The translations under genes were made by a program, and so were the position numbers. A stretch of DNA of 34,414 nucleotides from Lama guanicoe (lineage: Eukaryota), in the NCBI GenBank assembly GCA_013239625.1, contig MU054029.1:82679-117092 (forward strand), read 5' to 3'. The notes beneath the pieces were generated by a model that did not search any database, was not told where the DNA came from, and was given only the letters and a program-made list of their open reading frames with translations. The stretch's first letter is position 1; each line of letters starts with the position of its first letter. Positions 12,201 through 24,401 of the stretch are shown piece by piece.

Positions 12201-12914
12201 ATCAGGCTACCTCCCACTTACTGACGGGGAAGAACCACTTATTCCGAGTTTTCATTCACTGACCGTGAGAGCAAAGTGTCTTATGCAGACTTTCACCTGG
12301 CTTCGTGCATGGTGTTATTAGTTGGATTTCTGCTTTGTGGCCATAGAATTATTCTCCTAATAGAAGAGAGGAAGTGGAGACATAGACATTCTGCTGAGAT
12401 ATTGGTGTCATCATATTTGAGTTGGGAAGGACTTAAGACAGTAGAGAGTCATAACTATTTATGGGTGTGAATCCATGATACTGTAACTTGGACAAGAATC
12501 TGGATCTTCTGCCATCGTGTCCACATGGGTGAAGAGGTAACTTGTTGGGGGATGGCAGGGATCCTTCTTGCTTGATTTCCAGGGTCTTGCTAGTTTTCAT
12601 TGCTCACCTGCCTTTACTTTAGGTCCATGTGGCCTCTCATGGGAAGGTCACTCTGTCCTGATAAATAGAGTTACTTATCAGAAAAAGCTCTGGACCCACT
12701 CGTATTTCCCAGTTTTTTCTGCTGACCTGCTGACACTTTTTATAAATGAGATATAAGAAACTACTTGATATAAAATCCTTTGTGTTATCGTTAGCCCTCG
12801 AGTTCCATAGGAATGGGGTCCTGTCCCAGGCTGTCTAAGACTAGATCTGAACAAAGATAGGGTGATAGGCTGTGCTGCTGGACCCTCCACAATCAAATGT
12901 GATTTCCACCTTAG

Positions 12915-13075
12915 TTTTTAGAATCAGGCAGATGAGCTCAAAACTTGCCTTTACCAGTTATTAGCTTAGTGAACTTGGGGAAGAAACTACTTTTGTGTGT
13001 ACAATTTTCTTTGTCTGTAACTAAGCTCAGTATTTATTTTAAGGTTTTTGTTTTAGAATTGAATGAGCTAATTCC
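12915..13075 (+). mobile_element. MIR SINE fragment
   Basis: TTTAGAATCAGGCAGA...GTGAACTTGGGGAAGAAACTACTT...AATTTTCTTTGTCTGTAA. Confidence 0.6.
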
Positions 13076-13590
13076 CTCATTTATACCTAAAATACTGATC
13101 GTGTGGTTCTATGATGGTGCCTTGGTTGTTGATTACTAAGGCACTCGGCGTTGAGAAAGGGGGTGGGTGACCACTGGATTCTAAAGCTTATATTCCAGGA
13201 TATGCTTGTAAAAGCCTGGATGTGCAGTGGATTTTTAGTAAATATCCATTCCTTTCCTAATCTGCATTGATTGTGTATATATCTTTATAATAATATATGA
13301 ACATTTTTTAATGCAATTTAAATCTTTCTGTAGTATTTAAAATATATAGCTGTAACAAAAATACGTGAAATTAAAGGATTTCACTTTTATTTTGTTTTCA
13401 ATAAGCAAAACAAAATAAAATAGAAAAGAAAAAGTGTTTTGAAGGAGCAGAAATAACTTTATTTCTGTAGAATCAATTCCCTATGATAGGTTTTTTGGTT
13501 GTGTCGTTAAACAGCATATAAAATTGATAGGTTGTGACATACTGGAAATGAGGAAACAGTGGAGACATACTGCCACCAATGCAGTCATTT

Positions 13591-14130
13591 TATTACCAAG
13601 TCCAAACTCATTCCGCTTGCTGCATAACAGGCCAATAAATCAGGAGATGAAGTGTTGGAGCAAAGAAAAGTGACTTTATTTGAAAAGCTGGCAGACTCAG
13701 AGGATGGCATACTGTTATCCTGGAGAACCCTCTTCCCCAAGTCAGAATTCAGTCTCCTTTTAAACTAAAAAGGGATGGAGGTGTGGTTGGTTGTTGCAAA
13801 CTTTTTGCTATATGAATTGTTTTTCTTTGGAATCCTTTGTTCTTGCAGCTGTCCATGTAGGTCAAATCATGGTGCCTCTGTAAAACCTCCAAAAGAAATC
13901 AAAATTTATTCTCTATTTTGCAACGTGCCATCTCTACATAAGTGCAGAAGAACTAACATCCTTAAAGATCAGAACCCGGAGAATAGTCTGTCCTGGATAT
14001 TTCAGTCTAAAGACAACTTTCTTTTATAAAAGGTGCAGAGCTAGCAAGTCTGAGCCTAGAAAACAGGGCACAGGTTAAAAGCCAAAGGAACACATCTAAT
14101 ATGGAGTCAAACTTGTTCTTTTCTATTACA
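13591..14130 (-). mobile_element. ERV1-class solo LTR (LTR39/MER4-group-like), 540 bp
   Basis: The minus strand begins TGTAATAGAAAAGAACAAGTTTGACTCCATATT. AATAAA lies ~85 nt before the 3' end, and the terminal CA is mutated to TA. 4-bp TSD ATTT at 13587-13590 and 14131-14134. Confidence 0.85.
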
Positions 14131-16339
14131 ATTTTTTTCCATCTGATAAATAATTTTATTAATAAATATGGGCAATTTTTTTTATTTTTGCTTCTTAATA
14201 ACGGATAAGTGGTCCAAATTCATTTTTGTGATCAGGAATGCTGTGCGTGCCTTTGGGTCACAGCAAACTCTTATTGGGAGTGGTCGGCCCTTCAACATGC
14301 CTGATGCCCTGTGAGTGTTGGTGAGGGTCCCCCTAAACAGGGGCTGTCTTCAGGAACCAGCATATGGGCATTGACCTCTGGAGACCTCTTTTTCAGGTGC
14401 GGGAAAATTTTTCAGGTACTGTGATTGAAAAATCATTCCAGCTGGGGACAATTAGGGAATAAAGGAAGAGGAAAAGGGCTTGGAGTAGAGTAGAAGAGAA
14501 GGAGAGACGATCATGGAGTCTGGGGGTTTGGCAGTGGGGCCTCCGGAGAGAGAGAAGCAGAGGTGTGGAGGGGCCCGGTTCCAGAACCATCTCCTGCACA
14601 TGTCCCCGCACCCAAGACACACATGCTTTAATTACCCAGGACTCTCTCCTGTCTGAACGTCACCCTGGGCAGAACCTTGAGAATCGAAATTAAGGGGTGG
14701 GCAGCACTAACCTAGGGGGTCACAGAGGACTTTGTTCAAGTGCACAGTGCCTTTTCTGGTCATGTGTCTTCACTTGCCCTTTATCTTTGGATCTGAGGAA
14801 CAGGAGCAAGGAACTCAGAGAGAGATCAAGGAAGACATCTGACTGTGTTAGGGAGGACATTCACAGTGACATGGGGAGCAAGGACATTTGCAGCAAACTA
14901 AAATGACTTCACAACTATTGCATCAGAGCTGCAGGTGTGAGAGAGCCTAAGCCTGTCTCAGAGTGCAGGGGACAAGCGGAAAAAAATGGTAAAATTTCCA
15001 CTGACAATTGAAATTTTGTTAAATAGCCTGCTACTGTTAATTGTATCACTTGAATGTATGCAGGTGTATTTCTGTGAGCATTTATAGGTTCACACAACCC
15101 CACCAGCTCCTCCTGCCCCCATCAGGGATGGGCTTTCTCAAGCACAGTGCCCCTCCTGCTTGGGTGGGCCACTCTGTGGGTCCTTGCCTGGAGCAGGGCT
15201 GCTGCAGGGCACTGAGTCCCTGAGGCATATCCTGTGACACACTATAGGAACATCTCTACTCTTGACTGAGGGCCTCCTTTTACCCCTGCAGTGTTAGAAT
15301 GCCGATGACTCAGTTAGAAAGATGCTTCAAAGCTGTCTGTGTCCTTGCCATCCAGAAGCAGAGCCTGGAAGCTTCCAAATTTCTCCAGAATGCAATCTAT
15401 ATTCACCTTCGGCATGTGAGTGTGTGCCCACTTACAAGTGGAGGAATTACTGAAGTTTTTCTGAAACTTACTCACCACTATTCCATCTGTTTTTTCTGTG
15501 CTAGGATTCAGTATGGTCTGCTAAAAATTCTGGAGTCAGATCTTGAAACCCTGATGAAGAGGATTATTTATTTTATTTCTTTATATGATAACATTTTTCT
15601 TTGAAAATTCAGAGTTTTCAGTTCTTTGAGGAAATTTTTTGGGTGTTGTACCATCAACTTTGCTCTTACCAACTTTGTGACCTGTTGATATATGCCTCTC
15701 ATCTGGCTTCTTTCACTTGTGAGGCAGTTCCATTTGTGACCCTGTGCAGGATGTTCATGTTATAAAACATAAAGTCTGTAAAAGTACAGTCCCTTTTACT
15801 TCAAAGACATTCCACAATTAGTATTTAAATTTGGGTGTGGTTTTTAGAAGACAGTATGATTAGAACATGTAATTGCAGGTTGCTAGTGCAAAATCCCCAA
15901 ATCAATAGTCTAGCTCAACATCTAAAATCTTTCTAATCTACCTTGGATTTGTATGGATAAGTGAAGCAGTTTGCTAAGAACACAAGACCAGGTTTATATA
16001 CAGGCTGGTGTTTCTCAGCAGATCCTCCCAAGCTGAAGTTCTGCCATAGGGCAGGGCCGAGTGGAGAGGGCGGGTCCTGCCCTCCCTGAGCTGAGAGTTT
16101 CATGGCAAAGACATTCATCAGGTGAAGAACTGGGAGATTTTTCTAAGAACAGTGGGTTTGAAAAGAGTCCTATAAGCGTGGGACTGACACAGTCCAATTT
16201 GTCTCAAGTAGGGGAGAGTGGCTTTGGGCCACTTGTGAGACTTGTGAGTCCAGGTGGTCAGTGTTTGTGGCTTCTACTTGAGCTGTGTGAGGGTCAGTGT
16301 GTAAAAGTGAAAAGTTTGAAGGCATATTTAGATGGTAAA

Positions 16340-16530
16340 TAGGAAAGGTTGAATGCTGTCTGTGAAGGTAGGATGCAGTAAGGCCCAGGTTTCTGGGTGG
16401 ATTAATGAGATAGTCCTGTTGTTCTCTTAGGAGGGAAACATGCAGAGGGAGTTCTGGGGGAAAACTGATGAGTTCAGCTGTGGGTAAAGTGAAAGGCTGT
16501 TAGATGTGTGTTCTGAGAGCTCAGATGAGA
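16340..16530 (-). mobile_element. L2 LINE fragment
   Basis: CCCAGGTTTCTGG...GATGAGTTCAGCTGTGG...GAGCTCAGATGAGAG resembles reverse L2. Confidence 0.5.
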
Positions 16531-18635
16531 GCCAGTAGTGAGTAGGGGGGGGAGAGAGACTTTCAAATCCTTTTGTCTTTTGAACATACAAATAAGTATG
16601 AGTAATGACACACTTAACACCTCAATATTCTGTTTTTAAAACCCAGTAACATTTTGTTATATTGAGTGCAGAGGTTCTTAATGTTTTTAATAGAAATAAA
16701 ACAAATACAAACAAAATAGTGGAGTTAATCAACATCTTAGAGTTGATGTGTGTCCTTGTATGTATTTTGATACCTCATCTGTTTATTAGCATAATCTACA
16801 AAAGCTTGTTTAGCATAAGAGTTAAAAAGATGGACGAGGCACACAATGTTGGGGGTTGAGGCTGATGTTCTTGAGCAAATTATGTAGCCTCTTTGTGCCT
16901 TAGTTGCATCTTCTGTGACTGCCCCTGGGGCCCTCATCACAGCTGATTTCCTAGACTAGATGTTGGGAGGGAGGCTGCTGAAGGGAGTAAGAATTAGCAA
17001 CTGCTAGGGATACTGAAGAGAGAGAAAAAAACAGATTAAAGCCGAGAAACTGAGTACAAATACACTCAAATTGAAAGAATCCCGCAGCGTTTTGAGCCAC
17101 TTAGCATAAGGGAAACAAAATCAAGTGGACCCAATTCTCTTGAGCATATGAGTATTGTGGGTGGGAGGGTGTCATCAGAAAAGGGTTGAGAAGAGGCCTT
17201 TTGGAATCCCTTGACGTTTCCAGTAAGGATGGGGCGCAGAAGTGAAAACCCCCTGCTTCACAGTGGAAGCTGCTGTTTTGTGTGAAACTGACTAAATTTG
17301 GAAGCCAGTCATCAGCGGTGCTGGCAAATGAAGAGACTTCTGGATTGGGTGGGACACTTGCTGTGACTTCCAGGTGACCTGCTAGCTGGGGGCTGTGAGG
17401 CGGGCAGTAGGTTTGCAGGGTGACCCAGGCATAATCCCTGGCTCTGAGGCTGCTGGTCTGACTAGCAGACCTGGGCACCCGCAGTCCTAATGGGGCAGAT
17501 TTGGATGTGGCCTGGGACACTTGCCGTGTTGAGGGTGAGAGGAGTGCTCCCCTGTGTGGGTGTTCCTGCGGAGAGTGGAAACGTCCTCCTGCAGGGGACG
17601 AAGACCCTCTGAGCAGGGGGCTGGAAGCATAGGCAAGACCAGCCTGAACACAGAGGTTTTGGGGAGTCGGAAGTCATACAGTGGCCCGAGCAGCCTTGTT
17701 ACTGAGAGACTGGAGGAAAAAGATGCTGAAAAGTCAGGCTAGGGTCCGACACTGTGGTGAGTTATGAGTGATAAGAAAGGACTGGTCAGGCAGGCACAAG
17801 AGAATTCTGTGGGCACCCCAGCTGGTGCATCCTGCCGGAGGGAGGAGCAGAGTTATAGACTTTGCCACTTATTTGCTGTGTGACTTTGAGCAATATCACT
17901 GAACCTCTCTCTACATATATCTTGATCTGTTAAGAGACAATGTGACAAGCTCATGTCATCAGAAGGCTTAGTTTAGCTCTGATCCTCTTTGTCCCATCCT
18001 GTCAGTGTTGACCTGCAAGGTTCTGCAGCGGCTGCTCTTACCCTGAGATGGGAGGGCATAGAGGGACATTGTAGTACACGAGGACAGGAAGGGGTTGCTT
18101 TAAAAGCAGACATGTAGCCTCCTGCAGTTGCAGACCTGCAGGCAGTTTGGTTGACAGTAGTGGAGAGGACTTGGGAGGCTTTAGCATCGTCTTAAAACCT
18201 GTTTTCCCTTGGAGACCAGATGTGACTTTGCAGATTAAAGTTGAAGATTTGGGCTTCTGTCAAAGCTGTTTTCAGAGATGGGTATATAAGTTACATATGG
18301 TATAAAATAAATGTTTTATTTAATGTGTGGGACTTTGCAACTGTTGGGAACAGCTATGTTGGCCTGGTCTCCAAGGAGGACAGTAGAGGTCAGCAGAGCA
18401 TGCGGGAGGGCAGGCAGACCATCTTGCTTCTGCAGGCGGTTCTTCAGAGCAAGGCACTCTGTTGAGTTGACTCTTCTCTAAGTTTGGTCTGAGCAGACAG
18501 TAATGAGTTCTGGTGGGATTGTATAATGATAGGAAGAAAGGGGAACCCGTAGATTTTCGGGACTAGAACACGCTTTTGGTTCCTGATTCAGTGTGTTCCA
18601 TTACAGAATTGATGAGTTGTGTCTCTTCTGGGACT

Positions 18636-19122
18636 TGCTTTACATAAACGTCCAGCTTAAAAGTGAAGAGTTATGTTTTATTTGGAGGGAGGACCCGAGC
18701 CGAGATGAAAGCCTCTCAGATCACTCTGAGGGACTGCTCCCAAGAGGTAGGGAAGGAACTGGATATATAGGAGCTTTACAACAAACACCAGGTAATTGGG
18801 ACAACAAAAGTTTTCTTGTTATCTAAAGAAATCCAGGTATCTCAAGTTCAAGAATTAAGTGCTTTTCTATGTATGGGAATAAGGAAACATTTTGGTCATT
18901 GAATTCATTTCTTTGACAAGCACCTAGCTACCTAGGGCCAGTATCCTGTCATTTCTTATTCTGAGTTCACCCAGAGGGCACCACTGTGAGTGGCTGTGAG
19001 GCTGGGCTGCAGGCATGTACTCACTGGGGGTGGCAGTAGCCGCTGATGTTTTGGTTTCAGTATTCTTTGTTTACTGACATGGTTGCATTATTTTCATTCA
19101 CATTGTAGTATTTTCATTCACA
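18636..19122 (-). repeat. 3' LTR of the provirus (487 bp)
   Basis: Colinear with 23908-24401. Manual count gave about 33 mismatches in the first ~210 aligned bases. Confidence 0.93.
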
Positions 19123-19383
19123 GTGCTCCGACTTGGTCCTAAATTCGACCAATATTTTGAGAGACATTTCATGACCAATTTTGTCCCACGGTGCTAGGAT
19201 GGCTCATACCTAGTTCAGCTGAAGAAATTTCTGAGCTGCCATTCAAGGTGTTAGGTTTTTTATCAGGATCTGTTGATACTAAAATTTCTCTGGATCACCT
19301 GTCTTACTATTATATTATGATCCAAAAAATGTTTGCCCTTCATCGCTCATTTCTATACCTAGAATCACACTATTACAATTATT

Positions 19384-19860
19384 TTATACAGGGTTATAAA
19401 TTTTATCTAATTCTTCAAGATGTTTAGCCATCATCAATCTTGTAGACCTAGTTACACATTGGGAAATGTAACAGACAACAATTTTATAAAATAGACAGGA
19501 TATAAGTAATAAAGCTAGTAACATTAATAAAGGCACGAGTAAGAATTTAATAGTCGAGGAGTTATATATTTGGGTTAAAATTTTGCTTGTGTTTCTGATT
19601 GAGTTTGAGTGACCTTATGAGAAATCTCTTATTAATGGTCAGGGCCAGAGCAGGTATTAATTGGCCAGGTGAGATCATGCAACTTGTAAGTTCCACAGTT
19701 GCCTAAACAGAAATATAATTACCTTTTTAGAATAACATTTCTGAGGGCTATCTAGTTAGAGCCATGGAGTAGGGAAACCCACCAAGGTAACATAGAAGTA
19801 CTAGACATAGGTAATTTACCATGAACTTAACAATTGGAGTAGTTCATAATCAAAGGTAGG
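19384..19860 (-). pseudogene. env: Retroviral env remnant: SU N-terminus joined to the TM membrane anchor and tail
   Basis: Manual translation gives NYSNC*VHGKLPMSSTSMLPWWVSLLHGSN*IAL (decayed CWxC motif) and, in another frame, ...TIKFLLVPLLMLLALLLISCLFYKIVVCYISQCVTRSTRLMMAKHLEELDKIYNPV*. Confidence 0.75.
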
Positions 19861-20034
19861 AGAAATTATCAAAGTAATTGGCATACAGGCCTGGTCTGGT
19901 GTCTTGGGTCAGCTCTCTACATCAGATGTCATCTTCTTCTCATCCTGACCTGGGTAGCTTTTTCTCCATTTGAGCATTGTTTTAAGGTGAGCAGTGTTCT
20001 ATAGGCCAGTGCACTGCAGGGGCTGTTTCTGATA

Positions 20035-20183
20035 GGAAATGAATCCGAAAGTCCATTTCCTTCAGCTTTGGTGTGTACGGTGTATTTAAGAGTACCTGAT
20101 AAAGGGTCCTTCTATTCAGGTTGGAGACAGTTCTTTAAGTCATGCCTGTTCCAAGAGGTATAATCCCCTGGCTGCAGGTCATG
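20035..20183 (-). pseudogene. pol: Retroviral pol remnant: integrase C-terminal (GPY/F) module
   Basis: Manual translation HDLQPGDYTSWNRHDLKNCLQPE*KDP/YQVLLNTPYTPKLKEMDFRIHF matches the gamma-type integrase pattern HxLQPGD...LQPRWKGPYQVLL...WIH. It has a stop and a frameshift. Confidence 0.85.
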
Positions 20184-23100
20184 GGGCATTGGAACTTTAC
20201 ACAAGGATAGATTACTGAGCTTCAGAAACAGACCTAGAGTATCCTTTTCATAATTCAATTAAACAGAGCAATGTGACATAACAGCAAGGAATGATCTGGA
20301 AAGTGTCTTATTAAATATAGACCTCAATTAACAAAACAAGAATTTAATATCCACTAAAATATAATCTTTTTTCTCTCTAAAGTTACCCTAATATTTCTCA
20401 AATACAGCCAAATCAAGACAATTTGTTTACAAGTCTGATTATTTGATCATACAGGCTTTTTTAAATTGGCTGTGTTGGAACTTTTAATAACGAGTCTCAG
20501 GGTAGAATGTTAATAAGGTTTTCTAAGGCCAGGAAAGCAACATCAAGGGCTTGTCATGGGTTTCTGCCTTACAGATTTAGGTAAATTCTTTTCTCTTTAA
20601 AATCCTTAAAATATTTTATGATTCCTATATCTGTTAGGAGATGAACTTCCTCGTTTGTCTGATAGAGCCACTGGGGACCTAAGAGATTTTAGTCTCTTGA
20701 GGGATCAGATAGAGGGAAAAGATAACTCTTCCAAATCGGATTACATAGGTATAATTCATCAAATTGCTGTGAATCATAACTTGCTTAAGGAGAAGATTTT
20801 ATTTATGTCTGGGAAACAGGTTAAAAGCCAGTAGTATTTCAGACAAAATAAAAAATTATAACCGTATTCACCAGATGTAACTAATTCTTCAAATCAGTTT
20901 TTATTAGACCTTTAAAATTACTTACCCAGTTTAGTTCAGTGCTGTAGTTTGAAATTTATTAGAAACCAGTAAATCTCCTTGAAGAGAAACCATTTTGCAA
21001 AATCACCAGAAGGAAAAAATTAACTGTCTATAAATGACAAAATATTTAAAAGCATGGTTCAACACCGTTACACTAAAATCAATAAATTAACCTGGTTACT
21101 ATAACCAGAAATATGTCTGGTAACATTTTAGATAGGCCATAATTTTAGTGAGTCCATATAATACATAGAATATCTATGTTAATAATGTTTTCTCATACAA
21201 TATAACCTTCGAAGATTTATTATTCATTTGACAATACCATGTATTTAACATGCCAAATGAAATGTACTAGTTTTAAATCTCTCTTTGGGATGTTTCAGGG
21301 GCACGCTGTAGCATCCCAAACTTAACTGGAGATTAAAAGAACTTTAATTAGAAATTGATATTTGGGGAGCTTATTATAATATTTCAAAATGCTTGGTTAG
21401 ATAAACATATAGATCACTGTAATGTAGTACTTATTCATTTAGAAAATATGTCAAAGGTAAAGGCAGAACAGATCAGGTAAGTGGTATAATATGCTTTACA
21501 ATTTGTTACTGAAAGTGGATGAACATTTTAAAAAATTTTTGTCCTCTTAACAGAGAGAAAACCAAATCTAGTCTTGTACCAGCTTAAGTCGAAGATTCAT
21601 TTACTTTGCCCAAGTTGATTCTAAACTTAGCCAATTCCGACTACGTACAAAACTCTTTCCTTAGGGTTCCTCTTCCACATGCCTTCCACAGCTTTCTATA
21701 GTCATATTAGTGTGTCCCTTATTTTCTGTTCTATTCAGAAGTGACCAGCTTCAGGAGAAAGTCACTATTTTTCATTAACAAAATATAATTTCATTCTTAT
21801 ATCTTCCTTTACACATTTATCTTACTTTCCTAGGATACTGAGATCATTCCCTTAATAATAGAGACTACTTCAGGGTGGCACCAACCATGTATTAATATTT
21901 CTAAACACCTTTATTTCTCTGTAAGAGGAAGTTAAATCTTAATTAATTCATGTTTCAATCTTATTTTATCCAAAAATAGCATAGCTATTTAATAAAATCC
22001 TATCATTTAACTTAAAGTAGCACAAATCTAGAATTTAAAGATACCAAACATTTGGAGATTATCTTAAGCATACATTTTAAAAATATATTTTAAAAATTTA
22101 CCCTAAGCTCTCATCTCATTTGTATTTAATTTACTTAAAATTTTACCACACCACATTACTATAATATTTTTTGACAAATCTGCACCAGATATAACAGGAT
22201 CTTATTTGACTTTCATTAAACCTAGATACAGTAAATGTAGTATACTTAATATTGATGACTTTAAAGATGTCTATATTAATTATAACATACTTAAACTAAA
22301 CAATATCAAATATTATCTTAATATTGAATATTTTCCAGTTCACGTGAAGCTGAAATTCAATTTGGTCAGTTTTTATTTTAAAATACTTAATTTGTAAGCT
22401 CTTATTTTTTATGCCAATTAAGCAGAGCTCTTTGACTTTCATTTTTTTTTTTTTAGCTGTAGAAATATCTCACATCTATAATGTGTACGCAGGCTTATAA
22501 ACAGACAAAAGCTGGAGATTTCATAGCTTCACTTTAAAACTTACTTATGAGATAAGTATAATAATAGTTGGAGTAAACTGAATTTGCTTGTTCAAATCAC
22601 TAAGGCTTACTGTTTATGAAAGAGACATTTAAGATTTCTTGACAAATTTTTAAGGATCCGTCAGAGTTCTGAGTTCTAAAATTCCAAAAATTTCTTTGGC
22701 CTAAAGTTTTATCTCCTTGAGCTAATTAGGCTCAGTCCTAGGTCACTGTTTGCTGTATTTATATTTCTGATCTGCTAGACAAAGACACACGCTTCCAGTT
22801 CCCCAAAGAACTGCTCTGTCAAAGGATTCTTGAGAATCCCAATTTATTTGCGTGGCCACCATATGTACACAATACTTCTACCTTTTGTATGGCAGAGTCC
22901 AAGGTTTCCTTTAAAAAAAAAGGAAACATTTATATACATACATACACAAACATAAAATACCCAGAAAAAGATAAAACGTTTATATTTCAAGGACATAGGA
23001 AGAGAAATCCAAGTTCCTCCTAAAGGGGATTTTGTTTTATAAGTTCAGAATTCCAAAAAATATTTTTAACAGGCCTGGATAGTTACTTTCAGAGTGAGTT

Positions 23101-23511
23101 TTTATTTTCTAATTCCCAATTAATTTTGTTAGTTTTGTACGTATATAAACCTGGCTGTGGAATTAGTTGGAGGCTCGCAATCTGTGATTACTTTTTCTTT
23201 TCTTTCCTTTTCTGTTTTTTTTTTCTTTTTTTGAAAGTTCTATTCACCATTCTAAGGTCTGGTTCTCAAAATAAAATTGCTAATAAGTTTTCCTGTAGGG
23301 ACAACTCTATGGCATTAAGTATTTGCCTCTACCACTCCTGCAAGTTTCTCTGTCAGCGGAGAAAGCTGTTACCAGCCAGGAGGAGGTTCCCATTTTTCGA
23401 GTTGAAAGGTTCCTCATAAGAACTTTAATTTTATCCCAAAAAATTCAATGGAGGTAATCAAATTGAGGAAAACATTAGACCAGCCTCTTACCTAAGAACT
23501 CAGTCCTGAAC

Positions 23512-23700
23512 CCAGTGTGTTTCAACTTGGACCCACTCAGGACTTCTCCACTGGGTGAGTATTTTCCTGGTATGTTTCCACCAGTCCCACCTCAGAGATC
23601 TCCTCAAGGTGGGTGTTTCCCGTTATCTTTCAACCAGGCCCTACCCAGCATGTCTCCACTGGGTGGGTAATTCCCTCCAGTATCTTTCAACTGGAGGGCC
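23512..23700. repeat. Degenerate ~54-bp tandem repeat (about 3.4 copies) in the ERV leader
   Basis: Units begin CCAGTGTGTTTCAAC, CTGGTATGTTTCCAC, CCGTTATCTTTCAAC and CCAGTATCTTTCAAC. Units 1 and 3 share TCTCCACTGGGTGRGTA. Confidence 0.8.
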
Positions 23701-23885
23701 AGGCACCTGGATACACTGCCAAATAAATCTCAGTATCATCAACCAATATGGGAGATCCTAGATCCATGAGAAACTCACCCAAATTCATCTGGACTCCCCG
23801 AGGAGGTGGACGGTCACAAAGGACCACTGCTGGTACCAAGGCTCCAGTTCCTCAGAGAGTTCAGTTGGAGAGAAGTCTGCTCTGG

Positions 23886-23903
23886 GTCCCTTCATGGTTT
23901 CCA
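23886..23903 (-). promoter_or_regulatory. Primer binding site, tRNA-Arg type
   Basis: Minus strand TGGAAACCATGAAGGGAC, 4 nt from the LTR. It matches TGGCGACCACGAAGGGAC (complement of the tRNA-Arg(TCG) 3' end, recalled) at 15 of 18 positions, with mismatches at CpG sites. Confidence 0.85.
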
Positions 23904-23907
23904 AAAC

Positions 23908-24401
23908 TGTTGACTGAAATACATGGGCATCCTAAAAGTTAAGAGTTATGTTTTCCTTGGCAGGAGGACTCGAGCAAGGATGACAATCTCTCAGATCGCA
24001 CTGAGGGACTGCTCTGAAGAGGTTGAGGAGGAGCTATGATATATAGGAGATTTACAACAAAGACCAGGTTGTTGGAAAAAGAAAAGTTTGCTTGTTATCT
24101 AAAGAAAGCCAGGTGTCTCAAGTTCAAGAATTTAGTGCTTCTCTATGTATGGGAGGAAGCAAATATTTGGACTCACTGAATTCATTCTTTAGACAAGCAC
24201 CTAGCTATCTAGGGCAAGTATCCTGTCCTTTCTTATTCTGAGTCTGCTCAGAGGGCGCTGTTATGAGTGGCTGCAGAGGCTGGGCTGCAGGTCTTTCCTT
24301 TCTGGGGTGTGTTGGTAGCCACTGATATCTTGGTTTCAGCATTCTTTGTTTACTGACATGATTGCAGTGTTTTCATTCACATTGTACTATTTTCTTTCAC
24401 A
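23908..24401 (-). repeat. 5' LTR of the provirus (494 bp)
   Basis: Adjacent to the PBS, with TG...CA ends, and a direct repeat of 18636-19122. Confidence 0.93.

Larger units (their letters stand above)
18636..24401 (-). mobile_element. Endogenous retrovirus, ERV1 class (MER41-like), non-autonomous provirus with both LTRs
   Basis: Direct-repeat LTRs at 18636-19122 and 23908-24401 with TG...CA termini. 4-bp TSD GACT at 18632-18635 and 24402-24405. PBS next to the right LTR. Integrase and env remnants lie in the correct order. Confidence 0.93.

Noticed and set aside
17101..17520. 139-aa minus-strand ORF, and 25183-25617 (144 aa)
   Set aside because: No recognisable motifs or exon boundaries. 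Consistent with chance ORFs in GC-richer DNA.
23140..23180. Possible gag matrix remnant (EPPTNSTARFIY, minus strand)
   Set aside because: Plausible position, but too short and degenerate to support.
23512..23700. CRISPR-like spaced repeats
   Set aside because: Mammalian context. The 'spacers' are homologous to each other, so this is a tandem repeat.
18636..24401. STAT1 GAS sites in the MER41-like LTRs (interferon enhancers in primate and bovine MER41)
   Set aside because: A manual scan found no TTC-N3-GAA in either LTR, only TTCAAGAA (N2) and one weak GAAAAAGAAA.
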